A stretch of DNA of 64,000 bases from contig QHSZ01000023.1 in the NCBI GenBank assembly GCA_003220595.1, positions 3,271-67,270 of the forward strand, read 5' to 3'. This DNA is from Candidatus Rokuibacteriota bacterium. Lineage in GTDB: Bacteria; Methylomirabilota; Methylomirabilia; Rokubacteriales; CSP1-6. Within the stretch, counting starts at the first letter, position 1, and every line of letters begins with the position of its first letter. Under the pieces are notes generated by a model, which saw only the letters and a list, made by a program, of their open reading frames with translations, did not search any database and was not told the origin of the DNA. Shown one piece after another: positions 33,526 through 42,276 of this stretch. The translations under genes and the position numbers were made by a program.

Positions 33526-33983
33526 GGCTCGAGCTCGCGGCGGATCCGGTCCCGCATCGCCGTGTCCACGGGCGTGGCCGCGACTCGTCCGGCGGCGGCC
33601 CCGCGGCGCGTCCAGCGCACGAGGACGAGGCCCACCAGCGTGAAGCCCACGGCGACGGCGACCGCGGGCATCGCCCACACGAGCAGGTTGAACCCGTGAC
33701 GGCGCGGCGAGAGCAGGATCCACTCGCCGTAGCGCTCCACGAAGTACTGGACCACCTGCGCCGGCGCCTCGCCCGCCTCGAGGCGCTCGCGAACGATCGC
33801 GCGCATCTGGCTCGCCATCTCGGAGGGCGAGTCGGCCACCGAGAGGTTCTGGCAGACGACGCAGCGGAGCTGCGCCGCCACGTCCTGCACCTGCTGCTCC
33901 GCGACCCGCCGCGCCTGCGCCGCGGCCCCGGCGGCGAGGACCAGGGCGAGCGCGAGCCCGAGGAGCGGCGCCCGGGCTCTCAT
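33522..33983 (-). CDS. ccmH: cytochrome c-type biogenesis protein CcmH/CycL
   Basis: Signal peptide plus the LRCVVCQN (LRCxxCQ) motif, followed by a C-terminal TM helix. Confidence 0.8.
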   Translation of the reverse strand: MRARAPLLGLALALVLAAGAAAQARRVAEQQVQDVAAQLRCVVCQNLSVADSPSEMASQMRAIVRERLEAGEAPAQVVQYFVERYGEWILLSPRRHGFNLLVWAMPAVAVAVGFTLVGLVLVRWTRRGAAAGRVAATPVDTAMRDRIRRELEP

Positions 33984-34516
33984 CCTGTCGTCTCCGACAG
34001 GAGCTTCTCGACGTTCAGGCGAAAGGCCTCATCGGTGACGGCGCCCACGTGCTTGGCGCGGATCCGGCCCCGGCGGTCGATGAAGAACGTCTCCGGCACG
34101 CCGTAGACGCCGTAGTCCACGGAGACCTTCCCGGTCGTGTCCCGCGCGTTGGGGAAGCTCAGGCCGAAGTCGCGCGTGAACTTCTGCGCCGCCTCCAGCT
34201 TGTCCTGGATGTCCACGCCGATCACGACGACGCCCCGGTCGCGGTAGGCGCGCCAGTTCCGCTCGAGCACGGGCGCCTCCTCGTAGCACGCGGGATAGCA
34301 CCAGGACGCCCAGAAGTTGAGGACGACGACCTTGCCGCGCTGGGCCTCGAGCGCGAGCGGGGCGCCCTCGAGCGTCTGGAGCGCGAAGGCGCTCGCCGGC
34401 CGCCCGACGAGCGGCGAGGGGATGTCACGCGGGTTCACGCGGAAGCCGTACGCGAGCAGGGCCAGGACGGGCACCGCCGAGAGCGGGATGAGCCAGCGCA
34501 GGAGCCGCGGGGTCAC
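33980..34516 (-). CDS. ccmG: thiol:disulfide interchange protein DsbE/CcmG (TlpA-like thioredoxin)
   Basis: N-terminal TM helix and a WASWCYPAC active site. GTGA overlap with ccmF. Confidence 0.8.
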   Translation of the reverse strand: MTPRLLRWLIPLSAVPVLALLAYGFRVNPRDIPSPLVGRPASAFALQTLEGAPLALEAQRGKVVVLNFWASWCYPACYEEAPVLERNWRAYRDRGVVVIGVDIQDKLEAAQKFTRDFGLSFPNARDTTGKVSVDYGVYGVPETFFIDRRGRIRAKHVGAVTDEAFRLNVEKLLSETTG

Positions 34517-36456
34517 GCGGGCTTCTTCCGATCTGGAAGGATCGCGAGCAGGGCGCCCAGGGTGAGCACGGCGCCGCCGATCCAGATCCAGCTGACGAGA
34601 CGGTTGACCTGGAGCTTCACCGTGGCCTCCGAGCCGTCCCGGGCGAAGTCGCCGAGGACCAGGTAGACGTCCTCGCCGAAGCCGAGACGGTAGTCCACGC
34701 CGGCGATCGGTGACTGTTCCTGAGGGTAGAACTTCTTCGCGGGGCGGAGCACGGAGAGCACGCGCCCGTTCGAGACGGTGAACGCGCCCGCGACCTTGAA
34801 GTGATTCGACTCCTCGGTGGCCGTGAGCCCGTCGAAACGCACGCGGTACCCGGCGAGCTCGGCCGCCTCGCCGCGGCGGAGCGTCGTCTCGGTCTGCACC
34901 GACCACGCCTGCGAGCCGGTCACGCCCAGCGTGACGATCAGGATGCCGAGGTGGACGACGAAGCCGCCGTACCGCCGGTTGTGGCGGCGCAGGAGGCCGC
35001 CCATCGCGGGCAGGAGCCGCTCACCCATCCGGAGGCGCGCGCGCGTCGCGCGGGAGAAGTCCACCGCGATCGTGGCGGCGACGAAGACGGTGAGCGCCAG
35101 GGCTAGCACGGCGAGCGTCGAGCGGATGCCGAGGGCGGAGAAGAGCGCGGCCGCCGCGACGCCCACCGCGACGGGCCAGAGGAAGCTCCGCCGCAGGTTG
35201 TCGGGCGAGGCGCGTCGCCAGGCGATGAGCGGCCCCACGCCCATCAGGAAGATGAGCGCGAGGAAGAGCGGCACGTTGACCTGGTTGAAGAAGGGCGCGC
35301 CGACCGAGACCTTCACGCCGCGTACGGCCTCCGAGAGGAGCGGGAACACGGTGCCGAAGAAGACGGTGAAGGCCGCCGCGATGAGCAGGACGTTGTTCAG
35401 GAGAAACGCCGACTCGCGCGAGACGACCGAGTCGAGCTCGCCCTGGGCAGAGAGCGCGTCCCAGCGCCACGCCAGGAGGGCGAGCGCCGTGAGCAGCACG
35501 AGCGCGAGGAAGCTCAGGAAGAAGACGCCGATCGAGCCCTGGGTGAAGGCGTGGACCGAGGCGATCACGCCCGAGCGCGTCAGGAACGTGCCGAAGAGGG
35601 TGAGGCCGAAGGTGAGGATCACGAGCCAGAGGTTCCAGAGTTTCAGCATCCGCCGGCGCTCCTGGACCATCACCGAGTGCAGGAACGCGGTGGCCGTGAG
35701 CCACGGCATGAACGCCGCGTTCTCCACGGGGTCCCAGGCCCAGTACCCCCCCCAGCCGAGGACGTGGTAGCTCCACCAGCCGCCGATGAGCAGCCCGAGC
35801 GAGAGGAAGTACCACGCGATGATCGTCCAGCGCCGGGTCAGCGTGATCCACGCGTCGCCGACGCGTCCGGTGATCAGCGCGGCCAGCGCGAAGGCGAAGG
35901 GCACCGTCACGCCCGTGAAGCCGAGGTAGAGGGCCACCGGGTGCGTGATCATGCCCGTGTCCTCGAGCAGCGGGTTGAGGCCGCGGCCGTCGGCGGGCAC
36001 CGGGGTGAGGCGCGCGAAGGGCGGCGCCGCCACCGTGATGACGAGCAGGAAGAAGGCCATGACCGACAGCATCACGGTGAGGACCCACGGGTAGAGCTCG
36101 TGCGCGCTCTCGCGGTGGCGGAGGATCACGATGAGCGTGTAGAGCGCGAGCATCCAGGTCCACAGAATGATCGAGCCCTCGAGCGCCCCCCACACGCCCG
36201 TGATCCGATAGTAGAACGGCGTGCCGAGGTTCGTGTTGATGGCGACGTAGCGCACCGAGAAGTCGAAGATGAGGAAGGCGTACGTGAGGAGCGCGAAGCA
36301 GGCCGTCACCAGCACGAAAACGCCGAGCGCCGCGTGCTGGGCCGAGAGGACGAGCGCCGGGCGACCCGTGCGCGCACCCGTGGCCGCGGCCACGGCGCCC
36401 CAGAGCGCCAGGGCGAGAGCGACGATGGCCGCCGCGCTGCCGAGCTCGGGGATCAC
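34513..36456 (-). CDS. ccmF: cytochrome c-type biogenesis heme lyase CcmF
   Basis: 647 aa polytopic membrane protein with WWSYHVLGWGGYWAWDPVEN (WWD domain) and conserved His residues. GTG start preceded by a GGGGAAGGG ribosome-binding site; overlaps ccmE. Confidence 0.85.
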   Translation of the reverse strand: MIPELGSAAAIVALALALWGAVAAATGARTGRPALVLSAQHAALGVFVLVTACFALLTYAFLIFDFSVRYVAINTNLGTPFYYRITGVWGALEGSIILWTWMLALYTLIVILRHRESAHELYPWVLTVMLSVMAFFLLVITVAAPPFARLTPVPADGRGLNPLLEDTGMITHPVALYLGFTGVTVPFAFALAALITGRVGDAWITLTRRWTIIAWYFLSLGLLIGGWWSYHVLGWGGYWAWDPVENAAFMPWLTATAFLHSVMVQERRRMLKLWNLWLVILTFGLTLFGTFLTRSGVIASVHAFTQGSIGVFFLSFLALVLLTALALLAWRWDALSAQGELDSVVSRESAFLLNNVLLIAAAFTVFFGTVFPLLSEAVRGVKVSVGAPFFNQVNVPLFLALIFLMGVGPLIAWRRASPDNLRRSFLWPVAVGVAAAALFSALGIRSTLAVLALALTVFVAATIAVDFSRATRARLRMGERLLPAMGGLLRRHNRRYGGFVVHLGILIVTLGVTGSQAWSVQTETTLRRGEAAELAGYRVRFDGLTATEESNHFKVAGAFTVSNGRVLSVLRPAKKFYPQEQSPIAGVDYRLGFGEDVYLVLGDFARDGSEATVKLQVNRLVSWIWIGGAVLTLGALLAILPDRKKPA

Positions 36457-36890
36457 TGTCGCCCTTCCCCCTGGAGAGTTCGGATCAGATCCTTGCCGAG
36501 CGTGGTCCCGCCGTCGTGAGGCGCCTTGTACTCCTCGGAATGCTTGGCGAGGATGAGACTCGCCTTGAAGTAGCCGTCGGCCGTCCAGCTGCCCTCGACG
36601 ACCGCGCCGCGGCTCTCGCCGAAGAGGTCGGGAGGCGTGCCCTTGTGTCGCACAGGCACGGTCGCCTTGCCGTCGGAGAGCGCGAAGGACAGGTCGAGCG
36701 AGCGCGGCTCCCACCTGAGCGAGCCCGGCTGGACCAGTCCGCCGAGGCGGTAGGCCTTGCCGACGACCGGCGCCGCGCGGAGCTCGCTCGGCGTGACGAA
36801 GTACACCGCCGACTGGGTCACGCCCGCGTAGATCATGTACGCGAGCGCCGCGGCGATCACCGCACCGCCGGCGACGAACTTGCCTTTCAT
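36453..36890 (-). CDS. ccmE: cytochrome c-type biogenesis heme chaperone CcmE
   Basis: 145 aa with an N-terminal TM helix and an OB-fold. The C-terminal LAKHSEEY contains the conserved heme-binding His (HxxxY). Confidence 0.8.
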   Translation of the reverse strand: MKGKFVAGGAVIAAALAYMIYAGVTQSAVYFVTPSELRAAPVVGKAYRLGGLVQPGSLRWEPRSLDLSFALSDGKATVPVRHKGTPPDLFGESRGAVVEGSWTADGYFKASLILAKHSEEYKAPHDGGTTLGKDLIRTLQGEGRQ

Positions 36891-36936
36891 CGGCCCGAGC
36901 CGCGGCGCGACCCGGCTGCGTTCCGCATGGCGCGAT

Positions 36937-37059
36937 TCATTCCAATCGCGTCGGCGCGCTCATTTGCTTTTCGAGCCGGATGAGGCGCCGCCAGTAGCCG
37001 AAGAGCACCAGCGCGGCGAGCGCGTAGGCGGCGAGAACGAAGCCCCAGTTGTCGGGCAT
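36937..37059 (-). CDS. ccmD: heme exporter protein CcmD (~40 aa)
   Basis: MPDNWGFVLAAYALAALVLFGYWRRLIRLEKQM... is a single-TM peptide. Its ATG shares a nucleotide with the ccmC stop (TGATG). It is not in the ORF track because of its size. Confidence 0.6.
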   Translation of the reverse strand: MPDNWGFVLAAYALAALVLFGYWRRLIRLEKQMSAPTRLE

Positions 37060-37706
37060 CACGCCGCGGCCTCCGCCTCGAGTTGGAGCAGGCGCACGCG
37101 CTTCGCGAGGAAGTAGAGGTAGAGGAGCGAGAACGCCGCGAAGTTCACCAGGAGCGCCGCGACGATCACGCCAGGCATGCTACTCCCTCCCGGCCTCATG
37201 AGCGACGGCGGCTGGTGCAGCGTCCGCCACCAGTAGACCGAGAAGTGCACGAGCGGGATGTTGAGCGCCGCGACGACGCCGAGCACGGCGGCGTAGCGGG
37301 CGGCGCGGTCGCCTTCGTCGATCATACCGCGGAGCAGGAGATAGCCGAGGTACATGACGAAGAGGATCGAGACGCTCGTGAGGCGCGCGTCCCACGTCCA
37401 CCAGGCGCCCCAGGTGGGCTTCCCCCAGATCGACCCGGTCGCGATCGTGAGGCCCGTGAAGAGGACGCCGAGCTCGGCGGAGGCGTGGGCGACGTGGTCG
37501 GCGCGCTCGGCGCGGCGGGCCAGATAGACGATGGACGCCACGAACACGACCGCGAAGGCGACGTAGGCGACCCAGACGCTGGGCACGTGGAGGTACATGA
37601 TGCGCTGGACGTTGCCCTGCGTCGCCTCGCGCGGGGCGACGCCGAAGGCCATCACGAGGCCCGCGCCGAGCCCGATCGCCGCGAGCCATCCGAGCGCCCT
37701 CGTCAT
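37059..37706 (-). CDS. ccmC: heme exporter protein CcmC
   Basis: 215 aa, 6 TM segments, with WGxPTWGAWWTWDARLTS (tryptophan-rich WWD motif). Start at the internal VMTRALGWLAA. Confidence 0.85.
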   Translation of the reverse strand: MTRALGWLAAIGLGAGLVMAFGVAPREATQGNVQRIMYLHVPSVWVAYVAFAVVFVASIVYLARRAERADHVAHASAELGVLFTGLTIATGSIWGKPTWGAWWTWDARLTSVSILFVMYLGYLLLRGMIDEGDRAARYAAVLGVVAALNIPLVHFSVYWWRTLHQPPSLMRPGGSSMPGVIVAALLVNFAAFSLLYLYFLAKRVRLLQLEAEAAA

Positions 37707-38353
37707 GACTCGAGCAGGAAGTCGAAGGTGAGCACGCCCGCGGCGACGTACACGACGTCGGCCGCGGCGAGGAGCTTCAGCCAGTGCGCGACCGCCGAGA
37801 GGGGCTCGCCCAGCAGCACGGCCTCGGTCGCCTTCACGGTCGCGAGGAGGACCGGCACCTGGACGGGGAGCAGCAGCACCGGGAAGAGCAGCTCGCGCGC
37901 GCGTACCTGGGCGGTCATCGCCGCGAAGAGCGTGCCAACGGCGGCGAGGCCGAGCGTGCCGAGCGCCACGACCAGCGCGAGCGCCGGCAGGGCGCCCGCG
38001 AGGTCCACGTTGAAGAAGAAGGTGAACAGGACGAGCAGCAAGGTCTCGACGACGAGCATCAAGAGGACGTTTCCCGCGAGCTTGCCGACGTAGATGGCCG
38101 ACTTGTCGCCGGGCGCCAGGAGCAGCGCGTCCCAGCAGTCGTTCTCGCGCTCGAGCACGAAGGTGCGCCCGAGTCCGAGCAGGCCGGCCAGGACGAAGCC
38201 CAGCCAGAGGATGCCGGGGAGCGCCGCGGCGAGCCGCTCGCGGTCGGGGCCGAGCGTGAACTGGAAGACGAACAGGAGCAGGAGCGAGAAGAAGACGAGC
38301 GCGTTGAGCGTCTCCTTCGAGCGGCGCTCCACGAGGAGATCCTTGCGGACCAC
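37703..38353 (-). CDS. ccmB: heme exporter protein CcmB
   Basis: ...RKDLLVERRSKETLNALVFFSLLLLFVF... followed by 6 TM segments. The start codon is uncertain (a GTG near 38353 was chosen). Confidence 0.75.
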   Translation of the reverse strand: MVRKDLLVERRSKETLNALVFFSLLLLFVFQFTLGPDRERLAAALPGILWLGFVLAGLLGLGRTFVLERENDCWDALLLAPGDKSAIYVGKLAGNVLLMLVVETLLLVLFTFFFNVDLAGALPALALVVALGTLGLAAVGTLFAAMTAQVRARELLFPVLLLPVQVPVLLATVKATEAVLLGEPLSAVAHWLKLLAAADVVYVAAGVLTFDFLLES

Positions 38354-38376
38354 GGCCCACGCGCGCCGCGCGAAGA

Positions 38377-39096
38377 TCAGGCGCCGTCCTCCGTGTGCAG
38401 CCGGTACAGGCGTGCGATCTCCTCGGCGCCCATCGAGGCGCGAGGCGTGTCGAGCGCGATCGTGCGCGCGGCGAGGATCACGATGCGGTCGGCGAGGGCG
38501 AGCTCGCGGCCGAAGCTGTGCGTGGCCATCACGAGCGCGCCGCCCGCCGCTTTGAACGCCTCGAGGTACCCCTCGAGCCACTTCTTCGCGCGCTGGTCGA
38601 GCCCCGCGAAGGGCTCGTCGAGCAGCAGGACGCGCGGGCGGGACAGCACGAACCGCGCCAGCGAGAGTCGGCGCTTCATGCCGGCGGAGAACGTGCGCAC
38701 GCGCTCGCCCGCGAACCGCTCGAGCTCGACGGCCGCGAGGGCCCGCGCGAGCACGGCGCCGTCGGCGGCGAGGCCCGAGAGCGCGGTCCAGAATCGAAGA
38801 TTCTCGAGCGCGGTGAGGTCCTCGTAGACGTACGCGCCGTGGGCGACCAGGCCGATGTGCGGCCGCACGCGCTCGGGCGCCCGGGCGCAGTCGTGGCCGA
38901 GGACGAAGGCGGTGCCGCGCGAGGGGCGCGTGAGCGTCGCCAGGATCCGCAGGAGCGTCGTCTTGCCCGCACCGTTCGCGCCGAGGAGCGCGACGGCCTC
39001 GCCGGCGCGGACCTCCAGGCGCACGTCGGCCAGCACGACGTGGCCGGCGAACGCCTTGCGGAGGCCGGTCACACGAATGAGCGGATCAGCAGCCAT
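38377..39096 (-). CDS. ccmA: heme ABC exporter ATP-binding protein CcmA
   Basis: 239 aa with Walker A GANGAGKTT, signature FSAGMKRRL and Walker B LLLDEP. Confidence 0.85.
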   Translation of the reverse strand: MAADPLIRVTGLRKAFAGHVVLADVRLEVRAGEAVALLGANGAGKTTLLRILATLTRPSRGTAFVLGHDCARAPERVRPHIGLVAHGAYVYEDLTALENLRFWTALSGLAADGAVLARALAAVELERFAGERVRTFSAGMKRRLSLARFVLSRPRVLLLDEPFAGLDQRAKKWLEGYLEAFKAAGGALVMATHSFGRELALADRIVILAARTIALDTPRASMGAEEIARLYRLHTEDGA

Positions 39097-39135
39097 GTGT
39101 CGATCGGTTCATTCTCACGTAGCGCCGAGGACCGG

Positions 39136-39987
39136 TCAAGGAAGCGGTGCGGCGTCGCGGCGGCGCCCCCGCCCGTCGGTCCCCGGCCGCCTCTGCGGTT
39201 CAGGGTCGTGCGTGGAGAAGAACCGATGCAGCAGCAGGAGCACCGCCAGCATGTCCACCGCGCCGCCGCCGCCCCACATGACGACGCCACCCAGCGCCTG
39301 ATCCTCGAGCGGGGCGAGACCGCCGGGCCCGGGGGGCGCCGCATAGGAGGCGTAGAGGACGACCGGGCTCGCCGCGATCGAGAGCCCGAGGGCCGCGCTC
39401 TGGAGGGCGCCCGTGACGAGATAGACGACGCGCAGGCCGGGATGGACGGCTCGGCCGAAACGGGGCGCCGGACCGATCACGGGCCACCAGAACAGGATGG
39501 CGCCCGCGAAGAACGCCAGGTGCTCGAGGTCGTGGGCGACCCGATGGCCGAGCGCCCACTCGTACGCCCACGGGACGTGCCACAGCCACAGGACCCCCGC
39601 GTACGCACACCACGCGACGGGCATGCGCGTCAGGGCACGCCAGACGCTCCGCACGGGCGCGCCGCGCACGAGGAGCCGGCCGACCCGAATGCGGGCCCAC
39701 GTGGGCAGGGCCCAGAGGAGCGCCGCGAGCGGGTCGGCCAGGAGGAGGGCGGGCGCCGCGACGGCGATGAGGAGCATGTGCTGCGCCATGTGGGCGACGA
39801 AGCGGCGGTGCGCGAGGGCGTCGAGGGGGGAGAGCAGCGCCAGGGCGAGGCTCCCGAGGCCGGCCAGGGTGAGGGCGGGTCGCCACCACGCCACCCGCGG
39901 CCAGGCGCGCCGTGAAAGGCGCCACCACCCGGCTGCGTAGGCGACTCCCAGGAGCAGGAGCAGGACGAAGATTCCCGGCCGGTGCAT
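39136..39987 (-). CDS. cytochrome oxidase assembly factor, Caa3_CtaG/CopD-like membrane protein
   Basis: 283 aa polytopic protein with HMAQHMLLIAVAAPALLL and DQALGGVVMWGGGG motifs characteristic of CtaG (COG3336). Confidence 0.55.
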   Translation of the reverse strand: MHRPGIFVLLLLLGVAYAAGWWRLSRRAWPRVAWWRPALTLAGLGSLALALLSPLDALAHRRFVAHMAQHMLLIAVAAPALLLADPLAALLWALPTWARIRVGRLLVRGAPVRSVWRALTRMPVAWCAYAGVLWLWHVPWAYEWALGHRVAHDLEHLAFFAGAILFWWPVIGPAPRFGRAVHPGLRVVYLVTGALQSAALGLSIAASPVVLYASYAAPPGPGGLAPLEDQALGGVVMWGGGGAVDMLAVLLLLHRFFSTHDPEPQRRPGTDGRGRRRDAAPLP

Positions 39988-40067
39988 CCCGCTGACGATC
40001 GCTGCGCGCGGCGAGGTTGCTCGTCAGCCGAGCGCGAGCTTTTCGACGGCGCTCATGCGCTCACCCG

Positions 40068-40172
40068 CTACAGCAGCGCGATCAGCCCCGAGAGGGCGTT
40101 GAAGAAGATCTCGAACACCAGGATCGCCAGATTGAGGATCACCAGGGGGATCAGGAGACGCTCGGCGCTCAT
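40068..40172 (-). CDS. very small membrane peptide (~34 aa), hypothetical
   Basis: MSAERLLIPLVILNLAILVFEIFFNALSGLIALL is a single TM helix. It lies 10 nt downstream of the previous gene with an AGGACGAG ribosome-binding site. Below the ORF-track size cutoff. Confidence 0.35.
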   Translation of the reverse strand: MSAERLLIPLVILNLAILVFEIFFNALSGLIALL

Positions 40173-40181
40173 GGGCTCGTC

Positions 40182-40376
40182 CTACTGACCCACCGCCAGG
40201 CCGGGCCCGAGACCGCCCCAGTACGTGAAGAGGTAGTAGATGCCCCAGACGGCGAGCACGGCGTAGACCACGAGCAGCCACTTGTTCACGATGCCGTGAT
40301 ACGCGCGGATCTCCCCGCGGGCGTATTCCTCGACGGCACCGTACCGCGGATGCTCCTCAGGTGCGCGCTCGGTCAT
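40182..40376 (-). CDS. small single-TM membrane protein (possible cbb3 oxidase accessory subunit)
   Basis: 64 aa. ...KWLLVVYAVLAVWGIYYLFTYWGG is a TM helix. It lies in the cco operon between ccoS and ctaG. Confidence 0.45.
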   Translation of the reverse strand: MTERAPEEHPRYGAVEEYARGEIRAYHGIVNKWLLVVYAVLAVWGIYYLFTYWGGLGPGLAVGQ

Positions 40377-40591
40377 GATCGCGGGGTCCGCGAGCCCGGC
40401 TCGTCCGTGGGTGGCCTGCGAGAGGAACCCGGGGCTTCGTCGCTCTCCTCCTCCACTTGGAGCACCCGGTACTTGATCGTCTCGACGTCACGGAACGCCC
40501 CGCTCACCGCGCCCCAGACGAAGGCGCTGAGGGCGGCGAGGCCCATGAGCACGGCGACGGCGAACGCGCCCAGGGTCAGGTGCTCGAGCAT
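40373..40591 (-). CDS. ccoS: cbb3-type cytochrome oxidase maturation protein CcoS/FixS-like
   Basis: MLEHLTLGAFAVAVLMGLAALSAFVWGAVSGAFRDVETIKYRVLQ matches the CcoS pattern (TM helix - FxW..SGxFxD - RVL). The start is placed at the internal ATG. Confidence 0.55.
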   Translation of the reverse strand: MLEHLTLGAFAVAVLMGLAALSAFVWGAVSGAFRDVETIKYRVLQVEEESDEAPGSSRRPPTDEPGSRTPRS

Positions 40592-40604
40592 CGCGGGGGC
40601 CTCC

Positions 40605-42260
40605 TCACTCCCGGACTCCGGGGTAGTAGACGCGCGGCTTCTTGCCATTGACCCGGGCCACGCCGGCCGCCTCGCGCTCCGGGTCGAGGGCCAGCCGCGG
40701 ATGGTCGGCGCGGACGTCCGGCGAATCGAGCGCCGCCTTGGTCTGCGGGGAGAGCTTGAGCTTCTCGCCCGTCAGCGGATCGGCCCAGGCCGAGAACGAG
40801 AGCACGAAGTACGAGATGGCCCAGCGCTCCGCGTCGTTCATCGAGTCGGCGAATGAGGGCATGGGGGTCCCGTCGAGTCCGAGCGTCATCGTACGATAGA
40901 TGTCGGCCACGTGGGAGCCGCCCTTGAACTGGCCCTTCGTGAAGTCCGCGGGACGGATCGGGAGCTTGAGGTCGTCCTTGAGCTGATTGGCCGAAGGCCC
41001 GTCGCCCTTGCCGGTATCGCCGTGGCACTCCCAGCACTTGGCCTTCACGTAGAGGTCCTTTCCCCGGGCGAGGAGTGCGGGCGTGGCCGCCGGCGGCGGC
41101 GGCAGCACGAGCGGCGGCTCCGGCTTCTCCTCCTTCCAGCGCGTGGAGAAGGTCTTGATGTACGAGATGAGCGCGAGCCGTGTCTTGTCGGGGAGCTCAT
41201 GCCACGTCGGCATCGCCGTCCAGCGGACGCCGCGCGTGACCGTGCGGAAGAGGTCGCCGTCGGTCGGCAGAGACCCGGACGGCGTCGAGCGGAACTTGAA
41301 GGCGCCGATCGTGAAGTCGCGCGGCCGGGGGAAGAGGAAGGTGGCGGCGAGCCCGTTGCCGTCGCCCTTCGGCCCGTGGCAGCCGATGCAGTGCTCTGCG
41401 TATTCCTCCTTGCCACGGGCGACCAGGTCGGCGCTCGGCGGAATGCCCATCACGGACAGCGCCACGTTCTGCGGCTCGAAGACCTCCCGCCACGCCCCGC
41501 GATTCGTCCCGAGCTTCTGGACGTAGCCGACGAGCGAGACCAGCTCCTTCGTCGGGACCACCAACAGGACGGAGGTGAGGGCGGGCGGCGTGTCGGCGAA
41601 GGGCGTCAGGTCGAGGACGGGCGTGCCGTCGATCGGGAGCTCGCCGTCGGGGCGCGGGCGTACGAACGTGAGCCCCGTCTCGTTGGGGAAGAGGAGCACC
41701 GGCCTGTCCTTGTTCAGCGTGAAGTATCGCGAGAGAGCCGGTGTCGCCTCGAGCGCGAGCCCCTCGCCGCCCTTGCGCACGGGGACCCGGGCCTGCTCGA
41801 AGAGCCACTTGAAGCTCGGCATGATGGACTCGGGCACCACCAGCCGCGGATCCCAGTGGTGGGCGTAGTGCCAGTCGTCGGCGTACTTGAGCCCCACGCG
41901 CGTCAGGTCCGGTCCGATGCGCCGGGTGGAGAAGAGGTGCGGGAGGTCGTAGGCATACTCGCCGGCCTCGGAGACGGGACCCCAGCGCAGCTCCTCGCTG
42001 GCGACCGGCCGCACGTACTGGCTGTGGCAGTACCAGCACCCCTCGCGGATGTACACCGCGCGCCCGAGCTGCTCCCGCGGCGTGTAGTCGCTCGACTCGT
42101 ACCGCACCCACTTGACCTCGCCGAGGTCCGTTCGCACGGCGCGGCTCACGTGCTTCGCGCGCGACTCGGGCAGCATGGCGGGGAGAAAGCCTTGCACGAA
42201 GAGCGCGAGCGTCACGAAGAAGAACCCGGCCCCGATCGCCAGCGACTTGATCGATCTCAT
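40605..42260 (-). CDS. ccoOP: cbb3-type cytochrome c oxidase CcoO-CcoP fusion (monoheme subunit II fused to diheme subunit III)
   Basis: 551 aa. N-terminal TM helix plus EGCWYCHSQYVRP, the CcoO heme motif. The C-terminal half has two further CxxCH sites (CIGCHGPKGDG and CWECHGDTGKGDG) with a CcoP-like cyt c fold. Confidence 0.75.
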   Translation of the reverse strand: MRSIKSLAIGAGFFFVTLALFVQGFLPAMLPESRAKHVSRAVRTDLGEVKWVRYESSDYTPREQLGRAVYIREGCWYCHSQYVRPVASEELRWGPVSEAGEYAYDLPHLFSTRRIGPDLTRVGLKYADDWHYAHHWDPRLVVPESIMPSFKWLFEQARVPVRKGGEGLALEATPALSRYFTLNKDRPVLLFPNETGLTFVRPRPDGELPIDGTPVLDLTPFADTPPALTSVLLVVPTKELVSLVGYVQKLGTNRGAWREVFEPQNVALSVMGIPPSADLVARGKEEYAEHCIGCHGPKGDGNGLAATFLFPRPRDFTIGAFKFRSTPSGSLPTDGDLFRTVTRGVRWTAMPTWHELPDKTRLALISYIKTFSTRWKEEKPEPPLVLPPPPAATPALLARGKDLYVKAKCWECHGDTGKGDGPSANQLKDDLKLPIRPADFTKGQFKGGSHVADIYRTMTLGLDGTPMPSFADSMNDAERWAISYFVLSFSAWADPLTGEKLKLSPQTKAALDSPDVRADHPRLALDPEREAAGVARVNGKKPRVYYPGVRE

Positions 42261-42276
42261 GGCGCGCCCGCGCTCC

